From a virus: a DNA stretch of 64,000 bases. The DNA lies in IMG/VR virus record IMGVR_UViG_3300047368_000324, positions 1-64,000 of that record. The stretch is one strand, 5' to 3'. Of the stretch, positions 21,476 to 30,989 are shown one piece after another (position 1 is the first letter of the stretch; the number at the start of each line of letters is the position of its first letter). A program made the translations under genes and the position numbers. A model generated the notes under the pieces. The model did not search any database. It was not told the origin of the DNA and was given only the letters and a program-made list of their open reading frames with translations.

Positions 21476-22216
21476 ATGATTAAAACAACACTTCTCACAT
21501 CAGGTAATCAAAAAATTCTCAAAGGAGAAAAAATGGGTTACATCACAAAAGGTATTCATCTTGCTCCAGCAAATCTTGCGGGCTACGAAGTTTGCCAATG
21601 GCGTTCAAAAGGATGCACCGCTTCTTGTCTCAACACAGCAGGTCGTGGGCAAATGAATTCTGTTCAGCAATCACGAGTTGCCAAGACAAAACTATTCTTC
21701 GAAGAGAAAAAAGATTTTATGTACAAGTTGTGCAAAGAAATTGCGTCAACTATCAAATCCGCAAGCAAGAAAGAAATGAAAGCAGTTTTCCGCCTCAATC
21801 TCACAAGTGACATCGCATGGGAAGGTGTTTACATGAAAGATCCAAACTATAACATTTTTGAATACTTCTGTGGCGAGCAATTTTATGATTATACAAAGTC
21901 ATTCAAGAGAATGTGTGCTTTTCTTGGTAAGCCATTCGCCAAAGACGAGGTAAAATTTCCTTCCAATTATCATTTGACTTTTTCTCGCTCGGAGAACAAT
22001 GATAAGAAATGCGAAATGGTTCTTGCTATGGGTGGCAATGTTGCCGTGGTGTTTCGCAATCAACTTCCCAAAACTTGGAAAGGTTACGAAGTCGTCAATG
22101 GCGATGATACTGACTTGCGTTTTCTTGACAAGCGAGGTGTCGTTGTTGGTCTTATCGAAAAAGGTATGGCAAAGAAAGATGCAACGGGATTTGTCCAAGA
22201 AGGTATTGACTCTTGA
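21476..22216 (+). CDS. Gp88-like protein (Cys-rich)
   Basis: CQWRSKGCTASCLNTAGRG, FRLNLTSDI, FYDYTK, NYHLTFS, GDDTDLRFLD. Confidence 0.7.
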   Translation: MIKTTLLTSGNQKILKGEKMGYITKGIHLAPANLAGYEVCQWRSKGCTASCLNTAGRGQMNSVQQSRVAKTKLFFEEKKDFMYKLCKEIASTIKSASKKEMKAVFRLNLTSDIAWEGVYMKDPNYNIFEYFCGEQFYDYTKSFKRMCAFLGKPFAKDEVKFPSNYHLTFSRSENNDKKCEMVLAMGGNVAVVFRNQLPKTWKGYEVVNGDDTDLRFLDKRGVVVGLIEKGMAKKDATGFVQEGIDS

Positions 22217-22523
22217 TTCTAAACTGATATAATTATATTATGAAAAAAACAAAATTCATCTTAACATTATCAAGCGACAAAATTCCACTCATAGCCGAAG
22301 TATGTGCTTTAAGAGTATTAGAGAATGATGAAAAAGTATTAGGCAAAGCTTGCGTAGAAGCTAATGTAAAGTCAAAAAACTTTATAGATATAACACGAAA
22401 AGCTAATTATAGAGAAGGAAAGTTATATGCTTACGCGGAGTATATTTAGAATTGATAATTTGCTAAATAGAAAAACGAAATAGGTAAATAGTAAATAGTA
22501 TATTTTTATCAATGAAAATTCCA

Positions 22524-22603
22524 TAACATTTTTATTATCAACGACTTACGTAAGTGGTCGCCTAGGTTGAGTTTTGCGTAAGTCTCTAAGTATCAAAGAT
22601 TTA
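22524..22603. repeat. arm-core-arm element, copy D (core CCTAGG 22561), at the +/- strand switch
   Basis: taacatttttattatcaacgactta-cgtaagtggtcg-cctagg-ttgagttttgcg-taagtctctaagtatcaaagattta. Confidence 0.85.
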
Positions 22604-22906
22604 AGGAGGGGCTTTCTGCGACGCAGTCCACCCCTCCCAACCCGATGATTAAGATAAAGTAGGATAGATCAACTCTTTAAAAACACAAGCGATACCGAAT
22701 CCAGCCAAAAGAATAACTAATTCCATATTTAGTTATTTATAATTTGCATAGCTTCGGCATCCCAAATGTCTATAATCCTGCTAAGGATCCATGCTTGGCG
22801 TTTTTCTGTGCGAGCTTTTTTCATTGTCTCGGTAATGCGTTGAAGTCTTGGTTGTGGTTTATTTAATTCTGACATGATACAACTATAAGGGTTTTAATTT
22901 TAAAAG

Positions 22907-25900
22907 TCAAGCGAAAAGAGGATGCAATTTTACATCTTCGAAACGAATCCCAACCTTGCGGTCGGTGCGATACGGGCGAACCATAGCGATGGTGCCAAGC
23001 TCTTCGTGCTCGGTAGCTTGGATAAATTGAAAGATTTTATTATCTCGAGAGATAAGCACATCACCTTTTTTAAATTTATTTTTATCTGACATATTATTTT
23101 TTAGTGTTGGGTTACTACATTAAAACGAGGAGAGTTTAGATTCTCTTCTCTTTCGATTGTTCTAAGGTATGAAAGACTTGACGCAGTCCGAACCCGTGGG
23201 TATTCAGTTCCTGTGTCGAAGATCTTAACAGACCAATGCGTTGACCATTTTTTGATTCTAACTTGTATTTTATCTTTAATCATATAACTACTATCGCATA
23301 TAAATTCAGAAATTGCAAGAAAAAAGTGAAAAAAGATTCTTTTATTTTATTGCACTATTCTGTTCTGACTAGTCGGCAGATGCCGTAAGTCTTTGGCTAT
23401 GTGCTACTTAGAACACAAGAGCCTCGACATTTTGATTTGATACGGCAAACCAATCGGATGGATTAATGATATGACCATTTAGTACAGGCTCAAAGTTGAC
23501 CTGACTTACTCCGGCATTGACTATTCCATTTACCCGCTCGCGAGTTGTTGGAGTGTTCCAGCCAGCCAGCGACCATATCACAAACCCGCTTGCGTCACGC
23601 TTGATTATAGCGTTCCCATGCAACCAAACGGTGTTACCGTCCGTGCGAGTGTTGCCAACTGTCAAAGGTTGGCGAGATTCAAAAGCTTGTTTAATTTGTT
23701 GTGTTACTTGTCTCATTATTTTATATTAAGCATTATCATTTGGTTTTGCAAGCATAAACTTCATAAAAGTTTCTTGAGCTTTTAGATTGTCTTGGATCTC
23801 ATCAAGCTCAATCTGTGCGTTAATTACCATCTGCTGACTTTGGATGTGCCCCGCTTCTGCATTTGGTGTGAGTACTCGAATAAGTTCTTTAAGCTCTTTT
23901 ATTTTATCCATGGTTTGAGAGTATTGGAGTTTGTGTTTTGATTTGTAATTGCTTTGCCTTTTTCATGGCTTTAGCGTGAGTCTTTGCGTTATCTACGAGT
24001 TTTCCAAAGAGGCGAATATCGAACCAGTTTGAAAAGTTTGGGTTTTTATCAACATTAATCATAAGTCTTATTATGCAGTTTTGAGTTTAAATGTCAAGCG
24101 TTTCTTTCAACTGACTTCCAACCATAAGCTAAAACTTTGTCATTATAGCGAGCTTGTGAAAGCATAGCCTTAAGGTCAGAAATTTTTGCATTGATCCAAT
24201 CAATTTCGCTTTGATCCATTTTACCTTGCCACATTGCAAGTTGGTTTTTTTCTATTGCGATTTCGTTTTTTATTTGTTCTGTTGTCTTAATCATATTTAC
24301 AATCTATTCTATTTTTTAGTAAAAGTCAAGTTTTATTTTACTTTTTTTTAGCTATTACAAAAGCTAAAAGAATTTTTTCTCTTTCGGTGAGTTGTGTTTT
24401 ATTAATCTTTATCATATAAACAACATAGCAAGAAAATCGCTAAAAGTCAAGAACTTTTTTAATTTTTTAAAACTTTTTTTCTATTGTAAGTCTTTGATCT
24501 TTAGAGACTTCCGGCACAGCCGGCCTAGGCCCGTAGGCCCGTAAGTCCTTGATTACCAAGGCGTTTCGTCTTCTTTCATGTCTTGCCACATGAGGTAGAA
24601 TACTACAAGCCAAGGAGAGAATAGGATAATTTCGATCATAATGTTATTTTTTGCGTTGTTCGTGCAGTACGGTTTGAAACTTTTTGCGAGCTTCTTGTAC
24701 TGCGTGGAGAGCGTCGAGGATTGCCATGCCCTGAGTAATGCTCAAGGTTTGATCTCCTTCAGTGTTGCTCGTTTGAGCGAGGAAATTGAGATTTCCTTCA
24801 GCTTTAGAAAGTGCGAGTCCCAAGTCAAGTTCGGGAAAGTCCATTTTTTTTGATTCGTTCATATTAGAGAGATATTCTTGCACCTGTTCTGATTGGCTCG
24901 CGAAGATCTTGAGCTTGAGATTCAAGTTTGCTTGCGATTCTCATTGCCTGTGCGTGAGATTTTGCGTTATCAACAAGCCTTCCGTCAAAAAGGATGTTGA
25001 ACCATTTAGTGAAGTTTGGGTTTTGTATTATCTTTATCATGTAACTAATCTATAAAAGTTTTTGGTAAAAGTCAAGTTTTATTTTAATTATTTTTCAAAA
25101 ATTCTATTAATGTAGTAGCTGTAATCCTCGCCAAAGCTGAGGTGAGATTGTAACTCACGCACACGCTTGGCAACTTGTCGCCGTACTTCATGCTTATCTT
25201 TCGCTTGGTATGTTAACACATGATTGGTGCTTTCCATCATTACTTGGGAATTTGTGTTTGTATTAAAGAAGGGGAGCTTGCCACCTCCAATTGAACTGAC
25301 ATGGATATTTGCGGTGAATGTTTTATTTTTAATCATAAGTTTATTATAGATTTATATTTTAAGAAGTCAAGACCTATTTACTCGTATTGTGAGTGGAAGC
25401 CCCAATCAATGTCAGGCTGCTCGTCGAACTCTCTCAAGGATAGCTCGTCCTGTAGCTGCCCAAGCTCATTGCGTATTACAACGCGTTGAGAGTCGCTAAG
25501 TATGCACTCAGCAAGAGCGGTTTGTAGTGTTAGTATTTCTCTCTCTATTTCTTTTGTTGTCATATATACAATGTAACATATTATAGCTAAAACACAAGCC
25601 TAAAATGCAACTATTTTATTACATTATTATGTTATTGTAAGTCATTGTTTATTATAGACTTAGGGCACGAGCGGCCTAGGCCTGCCGGCCCGTAAGTCTT
25701 TGATTATTAAGCGTTTAGAACTCGTCCATCAAAAGCTCGTCCAAGGCGTATGTATCAAGCTCGGGGTCTTGGTAGTTCGCACCATCAGGGGTATGAAGCG
25801 TGCCTGATTCTACTAGGAAATTGGCTAGATCTTTGTAGTGCACAAAACGCCTAGCTAGCTTGTATAAGCTCTCATCGTTGCCTAACCATAGGGCCACATT

Positions 25901-26413
25901 CCATGTTTCCCAATTCGCCCAACCGTTGTAACCTTCCATTATTTGACCTTGGTTAAACGGTAACGGCGACGCTTGGACCCTATGTTCCGGGCTTGGCGTG
26001 CACGGAGCAAAGCTTCGGCCTGCTTTTTGTATAGAGGCATGGACTCAATTGTCCAGCCTGTTTTATCTGAGAACGGTATTGATTCTAGTATGAACATATA
26101 TTCCTTTGATTAGAGATTAAACTTCGAAGATTTCACGCATTGTACCGCTGACGCAATCCATATCTACAAGACTTTCGTCATTGTCAAAATCTTCGTCCTC
26201 TTCAGCCTCGACAGAATCAAGAGAAGTAAATTCATCCTCAATGTCACGCTCGGATGCGTGTTGGATGCCATGCTCAAGAGTAAACTCTTCATTGGCGATT
26301 TCTTCCTCGATGTCCGAGAGCAGTTCAGCGAAGCGACCTGTAACTTTGTTGTTGTTTGCGTTAGCAAGTTCAACGGCTTTGGCGATTAGAGCGATATTAT
26401 TTTCGTTATTCAT
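22907..26413 (-). CDS. run of short minus-strand early genes (incl. 23408-23716, 25715-25939, acidic 26117-26413)
   Basis: Minus-strand TTGAC/TTGC promoters ~35 bp before ATGs; 25715-25939 has YNGW.NWETW...LW..NDE and 23408-23716 has LHGN.I...GW.T.TT..R, both common phage patterns. Confidence 0.7.
23368..23410. repeat. half element, copy E (core ACTAGT plus right arm)
   Basis: actagt-cggcagatgccg-taagtctttggctatgtgctactta; left arm not recognisable. Confidence 0.6.
24487..24566. repeat. arm-core-arm element, copy F (core CCTAGG 24524)
   Basis: taagtctttgatctttagagacttc-cggcacagccgg-cctagg-cccgtaggcccg-taagtccttgattaccaaggcgttt. Confidence 0.85.
25638..25717. repeat. arm-core-arm element, copy G (core CCTAGG 25675)
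   Basis: taagtcattgtttattatagactta-gggcacgagcgg-cctagg-cctgccggcccg-taagtctttgattattaagcgttta. Confidence 0.85.
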
Positions 26414-26635
26414 AGTTTGTATATTATAGTATTATAGAGTGATTGCAAGAAAAAAGTTTGATTATGCGAAAGTTTTTTTATGCTTTGCTTTGCGTGGAAG
26501 TACTTTGTTTCTAAGCTTGTGAGGTCTTGCCTTTGTGAAGACTATTGGCATTCGTACTTTTATCTTATTCATATAAACAATCTAACACATTGTACCGAAA
26601 ACACAAGAAAAAAATTCAACTATTTTACTGCACGA

Positions 26636-26790
26636 TCCCCTCCCCCCCTATCAGAAACCCTACCCCTTTTGTGAAATGAAAGGAATCTATAAAATTCGAT
26701 TCGACCGGGGGGGTGGTATTTTTCAATATCTGAATGAATCTGACTTTAATTAACAAATGGGCCGACCAAAAAAAATCCACGGGGTGTATT
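26636..26790. other. G/C-tract junction between early and late modules; candidate genome terminus or packaging site
   Basis: cccctccccccc, ccctacccc and ggggggg tracts in an AT-rich genome; transcription diverges and promoter class changes here. Confidence 0.35.
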
Positions 26791-26797
26791 TTTAGGT

Positions 26798-27007
26798 ATG
26801 GCTGATGAACAAGAAACCTATTGGTTAAAGAGTATGCAATTCCAGATCCAACAGAAGGACCGAGAAATTGCTGATTTGCTAGTTATTATAGACACGCTTC
26901 AGACTAATCTCCGAAGCGCTTCTACATACATCCCTGAGGAAAAAATCCAAGAAGTTAAAACCCAGAGTTATCTTTGGAGTTTAAATTGGCGACCTGGGGA
27001 TCAATAA
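26798..27007 (+). CDS. hypothetical coiled-coil protein
   Basis: GTGTA-N9-ATG upstream (26784). Confidence 0.6.
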   Translation: MADEQETYWLKSMQFQIQQKDREIADLLVIIDTLQTNLRSASTYIPEEKIQEVKTQSYLWSLNWRPGDQ

Positions 27008-27109
27008 GTCGTAGCGCCCAAATGTCACAATGTGACCGCGCAAAAGGTCGTCGAGAGGCATTTTGTCACTTCGGCGGCCTTTTCTGGCTTATTTTGGGGG
27101 CTAAAAAAT

Positions 27110-27125
27110 TGGCATGGCACCTGCA
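27110..27125 (+). promoter_or_regulatory. sigma54 (-24/-12) promoter of hsp20
   Basis: TGGCATG-GCAC-CTGCA; GG 27111-12 and GC 27123-24 have canonical spacing; TGTCAC/TGTGAC motifs at 27023-27069 upstream. Confidence 0.6.
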
Positions 27126-27138
27126 AATATAAAGGCAT

Positions 27139-27525
27139 ATGAAATATTCACTAATTAACCAACTGTTTGAGCAGGCCAACCTGCTTAGTGCGATGGACGA
27201 CACCGTTTGCAACGTTATCGATTCCAGTTTAGATTCTTATAAGTACAGGACAACCTTAGATGAGCAAGAAAACAACTATGTTATCCATGCTCAAGTCCCA
27301 GGACTTAGTAAAGAAGATATAAATATCACTTTAGATGATAATATATTAAAGATTCGCGGCGAAAAAGCTATAAATGACCATATGACATGTTCAATTAATA
27401 AAGAACTTTCGCTTGGAAGAGACGTTAATCCATCTAAAATTACTGCAAAAGTAGAAAATGGAATATTAGAAGTTAGTATACCTAAATTAGAGAAATGTAA
27501 AACTAAGCAAATTAAAATTAATTAA
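27139..27525 (+). CDS. small heat-shock protein (Hsp20/alpha-crystallin)
   Basis: YVIHAQVPGLSKEDINITLDDNILKIRGE...ITAKVENGILEVSIPK. Confidence 0.93.
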   Translation: MKYSLINQLFEQANLLSAMDDTVCNVIDSSLDSYKYRTTLDEQENNYVIHAQVPGLSKEDINITLDDNILKIRGEKAINDHMTCSINKELSLGRDVNPSKITAKVENGILEVSIPKLEKCKTKQIKIN

Positions 27526-28363
27526 TATCTTTTAATTTTTTTTCAAAAGCCCTTCCCCATGGATAACCTAGCTCTCTATGAAGCATTCGGGTTCTAATTT
27601 CCCAGAATTCTTGGCTGGTCGCCGTTGGATTGATACCGGCTGAATCGTGCTCTAAACTTCGGCGGTCACCCTCCTCATTATCTTGGGGTCTATAAACATA
27701 GACAGGTATTCCATTTTTATTAGATCTTAAGCAGAAAGCAATATCATCTCCAATCAATCTTATGTCATCTGTTATGTCTTCTGCAAATAAATATTTTAAT
27801 GAAGATTTATTAAATGCCATGCCTCCGCATAGATAATCTGCTTTTTTCAGCATGGGCTTATCTGGATCTCTATGATTCTTCAGAGTATAGAATGTTCCAG
27901 ACATATCTGTGATGCCTGTAAATGCCACGGCTGTATTTTTATCATAATTTTTACATTGATTATTATATTTATACGTTGCGCTTCTATCTAAATCCCATCC
28001 GTAGTTCTGAACCAGGCAGTCATCGTGGTGCAAGATGCTTACCATTGCCCTACAATAGTCGGGCATCGGGAAACGATCATCATCTAGTGTTATTATTTTT
28101 TCTGTAGGAGCAGCTAATGCGACTTGATATCTTCCAATGTGTTTAAAATTAAAGTCAGAATACACAGTATGAACATTATCCATACCTTTTGTTCTATTTA
28201 GCCATGTTTCTATGAAATTAGTTTTTTCTTTTGGCAATCCTAAAAAACAGCCAATTATGCACTTTGGCGGCAAGCTCTGACTAAAAACCCTATCTAGTTG
28301 CTTATTAAGTAGCTCTTCTGTTTTATTATAATAATTAAGTATAAGAGTATAATCAGTATTCAT
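27518..28363 (-). CDS. GT-A fold glycosyltransferase
   Basis: TLILNYY...QSLPP, GRYQVAL, ITLDDD (DxD), ADYLCGG, GDDIAFC. Confidence 0.7.
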   Translation of the reverse strand: MNTDYTLILNYYNKTEELLNKQLDRVFSQSLPPKCIIGCFLGLPKEKTNFIETWLNRTKGMDNVHTVYSDFNFKHIGRYQVALAAPTEKIITLDDDRFPMPDYCRAMVSILHHDDCLVQNYGWDLDRSATYKYNNQCKNYDKNTAVAFTGITDMSGTFYTLKNHRDPDKPMLKKADYLCGGMAFNKSSLKYLFAEDITDDIRLIGDDIAFCLRSNKNGIPVYVYRPQDNEEGDRRSLEHDSAGINPTATSQEFWEIRTRMLHRELGYPWGRAFEKKLKDIN

Positions 28364-28377
28364 GCATAATTTTATGT

Positions 28378-29133
28378 TTATTTTTTAACAAATCCAAATA
28401 TGCCTAATCCATCTTGTTCTACAGGATCATAAAACCAACTTTCGTGGCTATCTTTTAATATTGAATTTAATTTATTGAATAATACTGATTGAGTTGGTGC
28501 ATCTGGGCCGTAATCCTCGAATCCGTGCCACTCTCCCATAATAGCTCCTGTTTCTTTAAGTATGTCTAGGTCTTCGCAGTCATCTCTCAGGAAACCATTT
28601 TCTCCGCCCTCACAATCTAATTTTAATAAATCTATACTCTCTATATCATATTCATGCATTAATGATCTTAAAGTATAATGCTTAACATCAAAATCTTCAT
28701 GTAATTTATATACTTGTTCTTCTGCTTGATCAACACTTTCTTTATTAGGTATTAATTCATTAGTAAGAAAACCTCCACCAGTTGCTTCTTTAACACTTCT
28801 ATAAAAATATACTTTATCAGGATAATAATTAAGAACACCTCTAATAAGAGTATTGTTATGTTCTTCTAAATTTAATTTACACATTTGATAATTGTCTACG
28901 TCAGGCTCTACAGTATACGTCTCGCAATCGGGAAATAGGGAATGGCAACGTTTGGAAAAGCTACCTATGTGTCCTCCAATATCAACTACAACTTTCGGTG
29001 CACAGTTGATAAACTGATTAATGGGGTAATTTTCTTCACTAAACACCTCTCCCAAAACATTCTTATCTTCTTCTTGAAAGTGCTCTCTTATTTTAAATGG
29101 AATATTGTTATGTAATATGTCGATTGTTTGCAT
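28378..29133 (-). CDS. FkbM-family SAM-dependent methyltransferase
   Basis: VVDIGGHIGSFS, VEPD..NY, IDLLKLDCEGGE, GEWH. Confidence 0.88.
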   Translation of the reverse strand: MQTIDILHNNIPFKIREHFQEEDKNVLGEVFSEENYPINQFINCAPKVVVDIGGHIGSFSKRCHSLFPDCETYTVEPDVDNYQMCKLNLEEHNNTLIRGVLNYYPDKVYFYRSVKEATGGGFLTNELIPNKESVDQAEEQVYKLHEDFDVKHYTLRSLMHEYDIESIDLLKLDCEGGENGFLRDDCEDLDILKETGAIMGEWHGFEDYGPDAPTQSVLFNKLNSILKDSHESWFYDPVEQDGLGIFGFVKK

Positions 29134-29310
29134 AACATATTATATAGTTTGATTTAAAAAAGATACATAATATATTTTGTATTTTGTATTTCATGCCAAT
29201 CAGGCGATTTCGGCGAAAGCCGAAAATAAATTTTATTGATTTAATTTAATTTAATATATTGTTTATGGAATCGCCTCGGCAGTCTTGGCATACAGTTAAA
29301 TTATAAACTA

Positions 29311-30897
29311 CTATAACTTTTGATGAATGATGACAGTTTTTGGGTGATTTTCCAGTACAAATTCTAGAGATAGCTCTCGGTCTCTAATTGGAGATATATT
29401 AGTAATCAATTTGGAATCTATGAGTTTACTGGAACCTTTGTCGTTATAGCAAACTTCAATTCCTGCCATGCTATGAGAAAACAAATGATTCGCCACATCG
29501 AAGCTTAAAAATTGTTGCGCTTTGGATACAATCGAATGCTTCACTAAATTCATAGAACCATTGAGAAGGTACTTTAAGTCGTCTCCCGTGCGATATAAAG
29601 CAATGCCATTCAAGTGTCCCGTCCAGGGCTGTAGAGACGTCTCGCTGCCCTCAAAAAAGCTCTTGTACCTCGATCCTGCAATGATAAAATCGTAAGAATC
29701 AATATAATCGATAAAAGAATCAATCCAATTTTCAATAATATTTCGAGAATCTGTCTCGCACATAAATATGTTTTTATAATATCCATGTTTACCATCTAGT
29801 ATATCTAGCATAGAGTCATAGAATAATTTATTAGGTCCAGATGTAAAACCTAGTGCTGGAATATATTTCTTTTCATTGATAAATGTTTGTATTTCTTTAG
29901 GATCTGTGATATATATGTCTTCTTTCTCACTGATATCCATATTTACAAATTTAATAGAATTTATATTTACATGAGATTCAAAGTTTTGAACCCTTTGTTC
30001 TGTTATCTCTTTATTTGTACATATTATTATATCTATTGAGTGATGAAGTGATGCATTTCCTGCAAAGTATCTACTCATCATCGTATAAAGATGCCCAGAT
30101 TTAATTTCTCTTTCTGTTGCGAGGATAAGCATAAGCATTTTATTTGAAAATGTTTTTGTTTTATCGATATATGGCTTGTCCCAAAATTTAAAATCACCTG
30201 AATTAACTATATCCATAGAGTCTTTGGGATTTATTGTTCTACTCTCTTTAAAAAAGAAACTTTCTGTTTTTGATACGTATGCTTTTTGTGAAAAATTAAA
30301 ATCTATATCCGAACTACTTTCTTTGCACCAATTTATAAATGTTGAGATCTGAGAATATACCGCGGGCTTGCTTAAAGAAACTTCAGGAGATATCAAATCT
30401 GAACAATTACTCAAAAGAGATGGGTTGTTCATTGTATTAGTTAATTTGTGTGCACCGTCCTTAGTTAATATATAGCAAAGCGAATGAGGGTGATAAGTTT
30501 TTGATATGTCAATAAAATCCTGCCCTTCCATTTTTAGTGGGTTTTGCAATAAATTAAACACATCCAAGGCGGAGTTATAGCTCTCCATAATAATAAAAAA
30601 ATCAAATTGAGATACCGCTAAATTATGCCAGCACATAAAATGCGTCAAAAATCTACCATATTCTTGAGGGTACCTTGAGAAGAATAATTGGTCTTCGTGA
30701 GTTAGGGGGTTAAGAGGCAGGTGAAATCTGTCGAGCTCATTGGGTAATGGATTCGTGCATACCTGTTCAAGCAATTCAAACCTAGAAGAAAAATTTTTTT
30801 TAAGCAGATTAACCTTTCTTTTTTGCCTGTAGCCTTCTTCCCTAGATTCAATGTCGCTATGGTTGATATAAATTATTTTAAAATTAGATGTTTGCAT
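29311..30897 (-). CDS. two-domain protein with degenerate GT25-like N-terminus
   Basis: IIYINH...R, EYGRFLTHFMCW, FIIMES, CYILTKDGAHKL; second domain has ETD, IAGS, HLNGIALY; late promoter motif at 30908-30912. Confidence 0.45.
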   Translation of the reverse strand: MQTSNFKIIYINHSDIESREEGYRQKRKVNLLKKNFSSRFELLEQVCTNPLPNELDRFHLPLNPLTHEDQLFFSRYPQEYGRFLTHFMCWHNLAVSQFDFFIIMESYNSALDVFNLLQNPLKMEGQDFIDISKTYHPHSLCYILTKDGAHKLTNTMNNPSLLSNCSDLISPEVSLSKPAVYSQISTFINWCKESSSDIDFNFSQKAYVSKTESFFFKESRTINPKDSMDIVNSGDFKFWDKPYIDKTKTFSNKMLMLILATEREIKSGHLYTMMSRYFAGNASLHHSIDIIICTNKEITEQRVQNFESHVNINSIKFVNMDISEKEDIYITDPKEIQTFINEKKYIPALGFTSGPNKLFYDSMLDILDGKHGYYKNIFMCETDSRNIIENWIDSFIDYIDSYDFIIAGSRYKSFFEGSETSLQPWTGHLNGIALYRTGDDLKYLLNGSMNLVKHSIVSKAQQFLSFDVANHLFSHSMAGIEVCYNDKGSSKLIDSKLITNISPIRDRELSLEFVLENHPKTVIIHQKL

Positions 30898-30989
30898 CTC
30901 TGTTTCTTACACAGATATATTATGTTAAAGTAGTATTTTTACAAACTATAAAATACTATATAAGTGTAATTAGGTAAAAGGTTTAAGGC

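Noticed and set aside
17643-25717. Repeats as a CRISPR array
   Set aside because: Copies are 0.8-1.7 kb apart with genes between them, are degenerate, and no cas genes are seen.
17643-25717. Repeats as classical integron attC sites
   Set aside because: No consistent RYYYAAC/GTTRRRY ends, inner spacers mostly do not pair into a hairpin, cassettes have their own promoters, and no IntI is present.
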